A stretch of DNA of 64,000 bases from Alphaproteobacteria bacterium MarineAlpha5_Bin5 (lineage in GTDB: Bacteria; Pseudomonadota; Alphaproteobacteria; HIMB59; GCA-002718135), in the NCBI GenBank assembly GCA_002938205.1, contig PTKZ01000004.1:25587-89586 (forward strand). The letters are read 5' to 3'. The notes beneath the pieces are model-generated. The model ran no database searches and was not told where the DNA came from. It saw only the letters and a list, made by a program, of their open reading frames with translations. Every line of letters begins with the position of its first letter. Within the stretch, counting starts at the first letter, position 1. Position numbers and translations under genes: made by a program. Positions 10,996 through 20,477 of the stretch are shown here, piece by piece.

Positions 10996-12271
10996 ATCCT
11001 ATGTCTCTTAATTCTTTAGGATTATAGATATTTCTTAAATCATAAATAACTAATTTTTTAGCCTTTTCTTTTATTTTTTTAAAATCAAGAGCGCGAAATT
11101 CATTCCATTCAGTAGCTATAATTACTGCATCAGCAGATTCACATGCTTCATATGCTGTTTTACATTCAATTAATTCATTAATTTCTAATTTGGCATTATT
11201 CATTGCTTTTGGGTCATAGGATTTTATTTTTATACCTTTTTTAATAAGCAATTTAGCAATTTTTAAAGATGTAGAATCCCGAACATCATTTGTATTTGGT
11301 TTGAAGCTAAGTCCTAAAATAGCAATTGTGTTTCCTTTTTTATACTTTTTTGATTCAAGTATCTTTTTTGCAATATTAATTGGTCGAATGGCATTAGAAT
11401 CATTAACAGCATTTAAAATAGAAAAATCAATATTATATTTTTTAGCTGTAGAGACAAATGCTTTGATATCTTTGGGAAAACAAGAACCTCCAAAACCTGG
11501 GCCTGCATGAAGAAATTTTGAGCCAATACGTTTATCCATTCCCATTGCTTTTGCAACATCATTAACATTAGCCCCTACTTTTTCACAGAGATCAGCAATT
11601 TGATTAATAAAACTTATTTTAGTTGCTAAAAAACTGTTTGAAGCATACTTTATCATTTCTGAAGTTTCTATATTAGTAAAAACGATTGGCGTTTCATTTA
11701 AATAAAGAGGACGGTATAACTCTTTCATTATATTTTCTGATTTTTTAGAATTAGTACCAATAACAATTCTATCTGGACGTAGAAAATCATTTATCGCAGA
11801 TCCCTCTCTTAAAAATTCAGGATTAGAAACTACATCAAATTTATCACTTTCTAAATTAGAAGATAGGATATTTTTTAATTCAAGTGTTGTCCCTACCGGA
11901 ACAGTAGATTTGGTTACAACGACAGTATAATTAAAGATTTTTTTGCCAATTTCTTCAGCAACTTCCCATACAGCGCTTAAGTCAGCTTGATTCTCTACTC
12001 TTTTTGTTGGCGTGCCAACTGTAATAAAAATAATATCAGCATCAGCAACAACTTCCGACAAAGAATTTGTAAAACTTAATAGTTTAGTTACAGTTAAATG
12101 CTTTAAAAGTAAATTTTCTAAACCAGGCTCATAAAAAGGGCATTGAGCATTATTTAATTTATTTATACGATCATTATTTTTATCTACACAAATTACATTG
12201 TAACCAAATTCAGCAAAACATGCTCCTGTGATTAAACCAACGTAACCTGTTCCAACTATAACTAACTTCAT
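10970..12271 (-). CDS. ugd: UDP-glucose 6-dehydrogenase
   Basis: N-terminal Rossmann motif GTGYVGL, catalytic GGSCFPKD block, 433 aa. Confidence 0.9.
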   Translation of the reverse strand: MKLVIVGTGYVGLITGACFAEFGYNVICVDKNNDRINKLNNAQCPFYEPGLENLLLKHLTVTKLLSFTNSLSEVVADADIIFITVGTPTKRVENQADLSAVWEVAEEIGKKIFNYTVVVTKSTVPVGTTLELKNILSSNLESDKFDVVSNPEFLREGSAINDFLRPDRIVIGTNSKKSENIMKELYRPLYLNETPIVFTNIETSEMIKYASNSFLATKISFINQIADLCEKVGANVNDVAKAMGMDKRIGSKFLHAGPGFGGSCFPKDIKAFVSTAKKYNIDFSILNAVNDSNAIRPINIAKKILESKKYKKGNTIAILGLSFKPNTNDVRDSTSLKIAKLLIKKGIKIKSYDPKAMNNAKLEINELIECKTAYEACESADAVIIATEWNEFRALDFKKIKEKAKKLVIYDLRNIYNPKELRDIGFEYYGIGT

Positions 12272-12321
12272 TATTGCCTTATATTAGCTTTTAAATATTC
12301 TTCAAATTAAATAGACAGAAA

Positions 12322-13347
12322 TTAAACTCTCTCTATATAATGTACAGTTCCTCTTTCTACAATTTCAGGTTTTGCTATAAACGATCTAGCCTTATAATTT
12401 TTTTTATCCATATCAAGTAGCATTTCAATAGCCTTTAAGCCCAATTCTTTTCTTGGATGAGTGACAGCTGTTAGTGAAGGATTTGTTAAAGCTTCTACAA
12501 CAGGACCATCAAAAGCTATAATTGAAATATTTTTTCCAATTATTTTTCCTAAATCGTTACATGCTTTTATGGCCCCTACACCAGAGTATTCTGTAGAGCA
12601 AATTAAGGCAGTGATTTCTGGATTCTTGATTAACATTTTTTTAATAACATCAGCACTTTGCTGAGGTTCTTCAGTACTTACAGATATATAATAGTTTTTA
12701 TTAAATTTTATGTTGTGTTTTTTTAGAGAACGTAAATACCCCTGTCTCCTTTGAAATGCAAAATTGTAGTTTTCTATAATATTAATGTAAGCAATATTTT
12801 TATGATTATTTTTAATTAAATACTTCATAATTAAATTAACACTTCCTTCATTATCTAAGTCAACCCAAGAATAATTTTTTAAATCTTTAGTTCTGCCCCA
12901 AGTTACAAATTTAATTTTATATTTATTTAACATTTTTATTCTAGGATCATTTCTTTTTAAGTTATGTAAAATAATTTTTTTAACTTTTTCAATATGTATT
13001 AGTTTTTCATAAGCTTGTTTTTCTTCATCAATATTATGAGCGAACATCATAGAAAACTGAATGTTTTCAGAGTGCAATTTATTATTCATGCCTGCAATAA
13101 ATTCAAAAAAAGATGACTGATTCAATGTGTTAGAATTTAATCCATACAATGGCACAACAAAACCAACAGTATTAGATTTTCCAGAAGCTAATCTGCTAGC
13201 ATTTGGATTAGGTGAGTAGTTATATTTTTTTGCAAATTTTTCTACTCGATTTCTAGTTTTATTGCTAACATCGGAATAGCCACCAAGTGCTCGTGATACT
13301 GTGGTTATAGACAACCCAAGTTTTTTAGATAAGTTTCTTATATCCAT
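12322..13347 (-). CDS. LacI family transcriptional regulator
   Basis: N-terminal HTH (LSKKLGLSITTVSRALGG) followed by a periplasmic-binding-protein-like sugar-sensing domain. It is divergent from an ABC sugar operon. Confidence 0.85.
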   Translation of the reverse strand: MDIRNLSKKLGLSITTVSRALGGYSDVSNKTRNRVEKFAKKYNYSPNPNASRLASGKSNTVGFVVPLYGLNSNTLNQSSFFEFIAGMNNKLHSENIQFSMMFAHNIDEEKQAYEKLIHIEKVKKIILHNLKRNDPRIKMLNKYKIKFVTWGRTKDLKNYSWVDLDNEGSVNLIMKYLIKNNHKNIAYINIIENYNFAFQRRQGYLRSLKKHNIKFNKNYYISVSTEEPQQSADVIKKMLIKNPEITALICSTEYSGVGAIKACNDLGKIIGKNISIIAFDGPVVEALTNPSLTAVTHPRKELGLKAIEMLLDMDKKNYKARSFIAKPEIVERGTVHYIERV

Positions 13348-13402
13348 AAATCTTTTTTTTATTAACAGATATAATACTTATGTAAAATATATTAATTGAC
13401 AG

Positions 13403-13416
13403 CCAAAACGTTTTGG
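13403..13416. promoter_or_regulatory. LacI-type operator, perfect 14-bp palindrome CCAAAACGTTTTGG
   Basis: Perfect palindrome with a central CG, as in LacI-family operators. It lies 1 nt downstream of TTGACA (13396-13401), between the divergent lacI-family gene and the SBP gene. Confidence 0.6.
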
Positions 13417-13453
13417 TAAAATATAATATTACAATTATATAATTGGAGGAAAG

Positions 13454-14764
13454 ATGTTAAAATTAATTAAATTAGTTTTGGCAATTTGTGTTAGTTTTGT
13501 TTTTTTTAATACGAGTGCCAATGCTGGTGGTCACTACACTGGTCCTGATTTAAGTGGTCAAAAAATTACTATTTCTGGCCCTTGGTTAGCTCCAGAGGAT
13601 GGCTACATGAGAGAAATAGCTGCAATTTTTGAAAAAGCCACAGGAGCAACAGTAGAATATGGCGGTTCAGATAGTTTTGAGCAACAAATTGTTATTGATA
13701 TTAAAGCAGGAAGTCCTGCAGATATCGCGATATTCCCTCAACCTGGTTTAGCTGCAGATATGGCTGCTATAGGGGGATTGTCTCCATTAAGCAATGATGT
13801 AAAAAAAGCTGTTTTAGATAATTATGCAGCTGGACAATCTTGGGTTGATCTAGCGACTTATCCTGATCAAAATGGCAATGATCAATTTTATGCTATTTTT
13901 TATAAAGTTAATGTTAAAAGTTTAGTTTGGTATTCTCCAGATAATTTCGCAGATAACGGTTATGAAATTCCGGATTCAATGGAGGAATTAATTGCCTTAA
14001 CTAGACAAATGGCAGCAGATGGAAATACTCCATGGTGTATTGGATTAGGTTCAGGTGATGCAACAGGATGGCCAGCAACTGACTGGATGGAAGATATCAT
14101 GCTAAGAACACATGATCCTTCTGTTTACGATATGTGGGTTTCAAATGAAATGCCATTCAATGATCCTAGAGTTTTAGAAGCAATGAACTTTTTTGGTACT
14201 TTTGCTCTAAATGATAAATATGTTAATGGTGGATCTAAAGCTGTTGCAACAACAGATTTTAGAGACTCTCCAAATGGATTATTTACATCTCCAGCTGAGT
14301 GTATGATGCATCGTCAAGCAAGCTTCATACCTGCTTTCTTTCCAGAAGGCGTTGAAGCTGGTGTAGATTATGACTTTTTTTATTTCCCTGCGTATTCAAC
14401 TAAGGATTTAGGGAAACCAGTTCTTGGTGGTGGAACATTATTTGCTGCTACAAATGATAATCAAGCAACTATGGAATTCTTGAAATTTTTACTTCATCCA
14501 GAGCCAAACGAATGGTGGATGGCAAAAGGTGGTTTCTTAACTCCAAACAAAAATGCTGATTTAAGTAAATATTCAAGTGATACCTTTAGGAAGTTAGGAG
14601 AAGTTTTAACGAATGCTACAACTTTCAGGTTTGATGGTTCAGACCTAATGCCAGGTGCTATTGGCGCTGGTAGTTTTTGGACTGGTATGGTTGACTATAC
14701 CAATGGAAAATCTGCAAAAGATGTTGCTGATGCAATCCAAGCTAGTTGGGATGCAATAAAATAA
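13454..14764 (+). CDS. ABC transporter substrate-binding protein, CUT1 sugar type
   Basis: 436 aa with a signal peptide and the family-1 extracellular solute-binding layout. Followed by MalF- and MalG-type permeases. A strong SD (GGAGGAAAG) precedes the ATG. Confidence 0.85.
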   Translation: MLKLIKLVLAICVSFVFFNTSANAGGHYTGPDLSGQKITISGPWLAPEDGYMREIAAIFEKATGATVEYGGSDSFEQQIVIDIKAGSPADIAIFPQPGLAADMAAIGGLSPLSNDVKKAVLDNYAAGQSWVDLATYPDQNGNDQFYAIFYKVNVKSLVWYSPDNFADNGYEIPDSMEELIALTRQMAADGNTPWCIGLGSGDATGWPATDWMEDIMLRTHDPSVYDMWVSNEMPFNDPRVLEAMNFFGTFALNDKYVNGGSKAVATTDFRDSPNGLFTSPAECMMHRQASFIPAFFPEGVEAGVDYDFFYFPAYSTKDLGKPVLGGGTLFAATNDNQATMEFLKFLLHPEPNEWWMAKGGFLTPNKNADLSKYSSDTFRKLGEVLTNATTFRFDGSDLMPGAIGAGSFWTGMVDYTNGKSAKDVADAIQASWDAIK

Positions 14765-14774
14765 TACCTCCATT

Positions 14775-14812
14775 AACAGGCGGACAATTAAACTTGTTCG
14801 CCTGTTTTTTTT
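14775..14812 (+). terminator. intrinsic terminator/attenuator between the SBP and permease genes
   Basis: 13-bp stem (AACAGGCGGACAA / TTGTTCGCCTGTT, one G-U pair), a 6-nt loop, then a run of T residues to 14812. Confidence 0.7.
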
Positions 14813-15800
14813 GTATAATACTTTTCTCGTGACAATTTTCTCAATAATTTTCTATGTTTCAATTGGAATACTACTTTGCATTTTATATTTTCATTTATCT
14901 AATTTATTATTCGATTTTTTTTCAAAAAAATATTCTAATGAATCTTCACTAAGAGCTTTTATATTCATTGCTCCAGCATTTATTATATTATTAATATATA
15001 TTTTATATCCAGTAGTTGAGACGGTAAGATTGAGTTTTTTTGACAAATATGGGAGAGATTTTGTAGGAATTAGCAATTATATTTGGGCTATAAAGGATCC
15101 TGAGTTTAAAAGAGGTATATTAAATAATCTAGGATGGCTTTTAATAGTTCCAACTTTAAGCACTTTTTTTGGATTAGTAATAGCAAATCTTGCCGATAGG
15201 ATATGGTGGGGAACAATTGCAAAATCTATAATATTTATGCCAATGGCAATATCTTTTGTTGGAGCAGGTGTAATTTGGAAATTTGTATATGATTACAGAG
15301 GTCCTGGAGATCAACAAATTGGTTTTTTGAATGCAATAATTGTATCATTAGGTTTTGAGCCTCAGGCATGGATTACTATTCCTATATGGAATAATTTATT
15401 TTTAATGGCAATTATGATTTGGATCCAAACAGGTTTAGCCATGGTAATATTCAGTGCTGCACTGAGGGGAGTTCCTAAAGAAATGTTAGAAGCTGCAAGA
15501 ATTGATGGCGCTAGTGAGTTAAAAATATTTACATCTATTATTATACCCTACCTAAATCAAACAATTTTAGTAATATGGACAATAATAACAATCGTAGTTT
15601 TGAAAATTTTTGACATCATCCTAGCTATGACTAATGGTCAGTGGCAAACTGAAGTTTTAGCAAATCTTATGTTTGATTGGATGTTTAGAGGAGGTGGTGA
15701 TTCTGGTAGAGGAAGTGTTTTTGCTATTGTCATAATGGTAGCAGTTGTCCCTATCATGATTTTAAATATTTATAGACATAAACAAGAAGAAAAAATTTAA
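14811..15800 (+). CDS. ABC sugar transporter permease (MalF-type)
   Basis: Polytopic membrane protein with EAA-loop motif EAARIDGASELKIF..IIIP. The start is uncertain: TTG at 14811 lies inside the terminator T-run, and GTG at 14829 is the alternative. Confidence 0.85.
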   Translation: MYNTFLVTIFSIIFYVSIGILLCILYFHLSNLLFDFFSKKYSNESSLRAFIFIAPAFIILLIYILYPVVETVRLSFFDKYGRDFVGISNYIWAIKDPEFKRGILNNLGWLLIVPTLSTFFGLVIANLADRIWWGTIAKSIIFMPMAISFVGAGVIWKFVYDYRGPGDQQIGFLNAIIVSLGFEPQAWITIPIWNNLFLMAIMIWIQTGLAMVIFSAALRGVPKEMLEAARIDGASELKIFTSIIIPYLNQTILVIWTIITIVVLKIFDIILAMTNGQWQTEVLANLMFDWMFRGGGDSGRGSVFAIVIMVAVVPIMILNIYRHKQEEKI

Positions 15801-16939
15801 TGAAAAAAAATTTATTATCTTCATTTTTAGCTCAATTTCTTTTGTTAGTTTTTGTAATTGTTTGGATTATTCCAACTTTTGGACTTTTTGTAAGTTCATT
15901 TAGAGATAAAGATTTATTGGCGATAAGTGGTTGGTGGACATCTTTAATAACAACACAAGTTAATGAAATTCATAGAACCGTTAATATGGAATCACAAATT
16001 CAAGAAAATAATATTTATATTATTAAAGAAAATATATTTGTTAAAAATTCTAAGAAAAAAATATCAAGTTTTGGTATTACATCAAAAAATATTAATCAAT
16101 TTTTAGTTAAAGAAACCGCTACATTAAAAGATGGCAGCAAACTAACTGTTTATGAAAATGGAGATTATATATGGAAATCTCAAAAACCTTTTAAAAATAA
16201 AAAAGGTAGAAGGATTTTTATTACCGCTTCTAGTCCGCCTAAATTTACTTTTGATAATTATAAAGAAGTTTTATTTAAGGAAGGTGTTGGTCAAGCTTTT
16301 TTAAATACTTTAACCGTAGCTATACCCTCTACAATTATACCTTTAATTATTTGTTCTTTTTTTGCTTATGCATTATCTTGGATGAAATTCTTTGGACGAG
16401 ATACTTTGCTAGCATTAATTATAGCCTCACTTGTAGTACCGCTACAAATGTCATTAATCCCTTTATTAAGTTTTTATAATGATATTGGGGCATTATTTAA
16501 TATTAGTTCAAAATCTTATCCTGGTGTGTGGTTAGCGCATACTGGATTTGGTTTAGCTTCTACAACTTTTCTTTTAAGAAATTTTATTAAATCACTACCT
16601 CATGAAATGATGGAAGCAGCGAAAGTTGATGGAGCGACTCATTATGATATTTTCCTTAAAATCATTTTACCTCTATCTATTCCTGCTTTTGCCTCGATTT
16701 TTATACTCCAATTTTTATGGGTATGGAATGATCTGCTTGTTGGGCTAGTATTTTTAGATCAGGTTCCAAGTGAAATAATTATTACAGCTAAATTAAGAGA
16801 ATTACTTGGATCAAGAGGGGAAAACTGGGAAATATTAACTACAGGAGCTTTTGTATCTATGACTGTGCCATTACTAATTTTCTTTTTACTTCAAAGATAT
16901 TTTATAAGAGGCTTAGTTGCTGGATCTGTCAAAGGTTAA
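15800..16939 (+). CDS. ABC sugar transporter permease (MalG-type) with an enlarged first periplasmic loop
   Basis: EAA loop EAAKVDGATHYDIFLKIILP. At 379 aa it is about 100 aa longer than the MalG-type paralogs at 40636 and 41477, owing to an insertion after TM1. Confidence 0.85.
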   Translation: MKKNLLSSFLAQFLLLVFVIVWIIPTFGLFVSSFRDKDLLAISGWWTSLITTQVNEIHRTVNMESQIQENNIYIIKENIFVKNSKKKISSFGITSKNINQFLVKETATLKDGSKLTVYENGDYIWKSQKPFKNKKGRRIFITASSPPKFTFDNYKEVLFKEGVGQAFLNTLTVAIPSTIIPLIICSFFAYALSWMKFFGRDTLLALIIASLVVPLQMSLIPLLSFYNDIGALFNISSKSYPGVWLAHTGFGLASTTFLLRNFIKSLPHEMMEAAKVDGATHYDIFLKIILPLSIPAFASIFILQFLWVWNDLLVGLVFLDQVPSEIIITAKLRELLGSRGENWEILTTGAFVSMTVPLLIFFLLQRYFIRGLVAGSVKG

Positions 16940-17011
16940 ATAAGAAATATTAATTATAGAATCAAAAAAAATCATATGATATTTTTTCATTATAATTATA
17001 ATTTATAATAA

Positions 17012-18022
17012 ATGAACCAAACAAATAATACTCAAATAGGAATAAATAGCGTCTCTAATCAATGGTTTAAACCTAAAATTGATAAAAAAAAATTGAAAGA
17101 GCTTTCAAAAAGAAGTGATTTTGAAGGATGGAAACATATTATGATATTCACTATATCATTAGTTATCTTGGGATCTTTATGCTCTTACTTTTGGGGGTCT
17201 TTATGGTTCGTTTTATTTTACTTATCTTATTGTACACTTTGGGGAGGAGCAGATGCTATTTGGCATGAATGCGGTCATCGTACTGCATTTAAAACAAGAA
17301 AATTAAATGATTTTTTTTATATTATAGCTAGTTATTTAAATAATTTTGAGCCAGTAAGATGGCGGTGGAGCCATTCTTTGCATCATAGTTACACTGCGTC
17401 AGTTGATCCACATGATTTTGAAGTAGATGAAAGTATTTTTTCAAAACACAACTTATTTACTTTTTTGATTAGATTTATTCCTGGATATTATTTCTTAATA
17501 CTTCATAAATCTTTGCATTTGGAAATTATTAAACATGCGCTTGGCTTTGAAACTAAAGTTATGAAAGAATGCATACCAAAAGAAAAAAAATCTAGTTGCA
17601 TATTAAGTTCAAGAATTTTTGTTTTATTATGGTTATCTATTATAATTTTTTCCATTTTAGTAAAATCATTACTTCCAATTTTTCTTTTATTAATTCCTAA
17701 ATTTTTTATTTCATTAAATATACTGTGGGGATTAACTCAACATATGGGTTTAAAAGAAGATACAAAAGATCACAGGGAATCAACTCGATCAGTTAGATTA
17801 AATCCTATTTTTAGCTTTATATATTGGAAAATGGAATATCATATTGAGCATCATATGTTCCCAATGGTTCCCTCTTACAATCTTCCAAAATTATATGTAA
17901 TAATTAAAGATCAATTGCCAAAACCTCAAAGTTTGTTGGAAGCTTATAAGGAAATCATTCCAGCTGTAATTAAAAAAAATAAAGATCCAGAATATTTTAT
18001 TCCAGTCAAAGTTCCTAAATAA
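17012..18022 (+). CDS. membrane fatty-acid-desaturase-family di-iron enzyme (desaturase/hydroxylase-like)
   Basis: Three His boxes (HECGH, HSLHH, HIEHH) with transmembrane segments between them. Substrate unknown. Confidence 0.75.
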   Translation: MNQTNNTQIGINSVSNQWFKPKIDKKKLKELSKRSDFEGWKHIMIFTISLVILGSLCSYFWGSLWFVLFYLSYCTLWGGADAIWHECGHRTAFKTRKLNDFFYIIASYLNNFEPVRWRWSHSLHHSYTASVDPHDFEVDESIFSKHNLFTFLIRFIPGYYFLILHKSLHLEIIKHALGFETKVMKECIPKEKKSSCILSSRIFVLLWLSIIIFSILVKSLLPIFLLLIPKFFISLNILWGLTQHMGLKEDTKDHRESTRSVRLNPIFSFIYWKMEYHIEHHMFPMVPSYNLPKLYVIIKDQLPKPQSLLEAYKEIIPAVIKKNKDPEYFIPVKVPK

Positions 18023-18085
18023 GTAATTTATTGGCTTGCTTTAATTTTATTTATTATTAAAATTTATAAATATTTTAAAATTACA

Positions 18086-19522
18086 ATGGAAACAAGAAAT
18101 TTTATTAATGGAAAATTCATAAACACAATTTCCAAAAAAAACATTCCAGTTTTAAATCCGGCCAATCAAAAAATAGTTGGGAATATTGATGAAGCTTTAG
18201 ATGATGAAATTGATTTAGCATTTAAAGCAGCAAAGAATGCTTTTGATAAAAGAATTCTTCTAGATATGGATGCAAAAAAGAAATCAAAATTAATGAGGTC
18301 AATGGCTTCAAAATTAAGAGAATATAAGGATGAGGGAGCATCAATTCTAAGTAGAGAAAATGGAAAAACAATAGAGCAATGTAAGGGTGAATTCTTAGGT
18401 GCTGCTAACACTTATGATTACTATGCTGGACTTACAGATAAAATTGAGAACAAAATGATACCTAGTGGTGCCGATACTTTTAATTATGTGGTACTTGAAC
18501 CTTTTGGAGTTACATTGCAGATTGTTCCTTGGAATTACCCTGTTGCAATATTTGCAGCTATGACTGCTCAAAATTTAATAGTTGGAAACACTATGGTAAT
18601 AAAACCACCTGAACTTTGTCCTATTTCATCAAATTTCTTTGGTAAAATTTTTGAAGAAATAGGATTACCAAATGGTGTAATTAATATTGTTCATGGATAT
18701 GGTGAAGTTACTGGACGAAAACTTGTTAAACATAATGATGTTGACTATATTGTATTTACTGGTTCTCCAGAAGTAGCATCAGAAATACTTCATGAAACTG
18801 CGGACAGAATAATACCAACCCATTTTGAATTAGGAGGTAAATCTGCTGCAATAATTTATCCAGATGCAGATATTGATCAAGCTGTAGAAAGTACAGTGAA
18901 TGGTGTTTTTAAACCTAATGCTGGCCAAATTTGTGTAGCTATGTCAAGAGTCATTGTTCATCCAAAAATTAAAGATGAATATATGTCAAAGTTAGTTGAC
19001 AAAGCCAAAAAACTTAAAATTGGACCTGGTAATGATATAAATACTGAAGTTACTCCTCTCATATCAACAAATCAAATTCAAAGAGTTTCTAATTATTGCA
19101 AATCTGGTGTGCAATCGGGAGCAACTCTTACTCTAGGTGGAGAGCCGACTGAAAATAATGAAGGTAATTTTTTCCAACCTACTATTTTTGATAATGTTGA
19201 CACAAATGCTACAATTGCACAAGAGGAGATTTTTGGTCCTGTAACAACTATTTTTGATTTCAATAATGAAGAAGAAGCTATAAAAATTGCAAATTCAACT
19301 AATTATGGACTTGCTTCCGGAGTGTTTACTTCTGATGATCAAAAAGCAAAGTGGACTGCAGAAAGAATTCAAGCAGGTATTATTTGGCATAATGATTGGT
19401 TTGTTGATGGAGTAAATTTACCTGGTGGAGGTTATAAAAGATCAGGCTATGGTCGGGACGGAGGAATAGATGGTGTATATAGTCATGGTCAAACAAAAAG
19501 AATAAGTAAGCGGTTAAATTAA
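18086..19522 (+). CDS. NAD(P)-dependent aldehyde dehydrogenase
   Basis: ELGGKSA glutamate block and catalytic Cys block NAGQICVAMSR, 478 aa. Confidence 0.85.
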   Translation: METRNFINGKFINTISKKNIPVLNPANQKIVGNIDEALDDEIDLAFKAAKNAFDKRILLDMDAKKKSKLMRSMASKLREYKDEGASILSRENGKTIEQCKGEFLGAANTYDYYAGLTDKIENKMIPSGADTFNYVVLEPFGVTLQIVPWNYPVAIFAAMTAQNLIVGNTMVIKPPELCPISSNFFGKIFEEIGLPNGVINIVHGYGEVTGRKLVKHNDVDYIVFTGSPEVASEILHETADRIIPTHFELGGKSAAIIYPDADIDQAVESTVNGVFKPNAGQICVAMSRVIVHPKIKDEYMSKLVDKAKKLKIGPGNDINTEVTPLISTNQIQRVSNYCKSGVQSGATLTLGGEPTENNEGNFFQPTIFDNVDTNATIAQEEIFGPVTTIFDFNNEEEAIKIANSTNYGLASGVFTSDDQKAKWTAERIQAGIIWHNDWFVDGVNLPGGGYKRSGYGRDGGIDGVYSHGQTKRISKRLN

Positions 19523-19532
19523 TAAGATTTAT

Positions 19533-20327
19533 ATGACTAAAAATAAATTAACTGTCAAAGAAATTCTAAATTGCAAAGGATGCAACAAATTAACAGAAGT
19601 ATATACACATAATCCTTTAGAAGCTGAGTCGTGTGAATTAGCAGGAATAGAATTAATAGTATCATCAGAAAGAAATGATATTCAAGGTATTAGACAAGCT
19701 GCAAAAAATACTTTTTTTACTGTAGGATTACAATATGGAAAATATTTAAGTGAATTAGAAATTCTTAATAGATGTTTTGATCTTTATGAAAATGGAGCAG
19801 ATGCTATTTATTGTCCTCAAAGTTATAAATTTATAAAAGCAATTGCAGATGAAGGTATCCCTGTAGTAGGACATACTGGTTTTATACCCTATAAATCAAC
19901 TTTTTATGGAGGTTTTAAAGCTTATGGTAAAAATGCTTTAGAGGCAAAAAAAATTTATGAACAAACACTAAAATTACAAGACGCAGGTGCTTTTGCAGTA
20001 GAAATTGAAATTGTTCCTTATAAAGTTGCAGATTATATTTCCAAAAATGTAGAAGTTTTCATGATTGGTATGGGAAGTGGTGTAGGATGTGATGCTCAAT
20101 ACTTATTTTCGGAAGACGTGCTTGGATATAACAAAGGCCATATTCCTAGACATGCTAAAGTATACTCAAATCTTGCAAAAGATTTTGAAAAAATTAAATT
20201 AAAGTCAATTGAAGCTTATAAAAGCTTTAAAGATGATGTGATCTCAAGTAATTATCCAGAAAAAAAACATGATCTAAATATTCCTAAAGAAGAATATGAA
20301 AAATTTATAAAAAATATAGACTCTTAA
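19533..20327 (+). CDS. PanB-like (ketopantoate hydroxymethyltransferase family / PEP-mutase superfamily) enzyme
   Basis: 264 aa. The blocks VVGHTGFIPY....GGFKAYGK, GAFAVEIEIVP and IGMGSGVGCDAQYL parallel the recalled PanB motifs. The genomic context argues for a non-pantothenate role. Confidence 0.6.
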   Translation: MTKNKLTVKEILNCKGCNKLTEVYTHNPLEAESCELAGIELIVSSERNDIQGIRQAAKNTFFTVGLQYGKYLSELEILNRCFDLYENGADAIYCPQSYKFIKAIADEGIPVVGHTGFIPYKSTFYGGFKAYGKNALEAKKIYEQTLKLQDAGAFAVEIEIVPYKVADYISKNVEVFMIGMGSGVGCDAQYLFSEDVLGYNKGHIPRHAKVYSNLAKDFEKIKLKSIEAYKSFKDDVISSNYPEKKHDLNIPKEEYEKFIKNIDS

Positions 20328-20422
20328 AAACTCTTACATTTTAAATATTTATTGAATTTAGATAGAAAAAACTGTGAATATAATCAATTTTTTCTTAAAA
20401 TTTATTAGTAATTGATTTGACA

Positions 20423-20438
20423 TCCAAAACGTTTTGGA
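20423..20438. promoter_or_regulatory. LacI-type operator, perfect 16-bp palindrome TCCAAAACGTTTTGGA
   Basis: Same core as the operator at 13403. It directly follows TTGACA (20417-20422), and TAAAAT follows at 20441-20446 (18-nt spacer). It sits about 40 nt upstream of the SBP gene at 20478. Confidence 0.6.
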
Positions 20439-20477
20439 ATTAAAATAACTTAAAATTCTTTATTTTAAGGAGGAAAA

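Noticed and set aside
16971-16980. The 10-bp perfect palindrome ATCATATGAT, flanked by A/T runs, upstream of the desaturase-like gene.
   Set aside because: It is a pure-AT-context short palindrome, easily expected by chance in this composition. It occurs only once and does not resemble the LacI-type operator.
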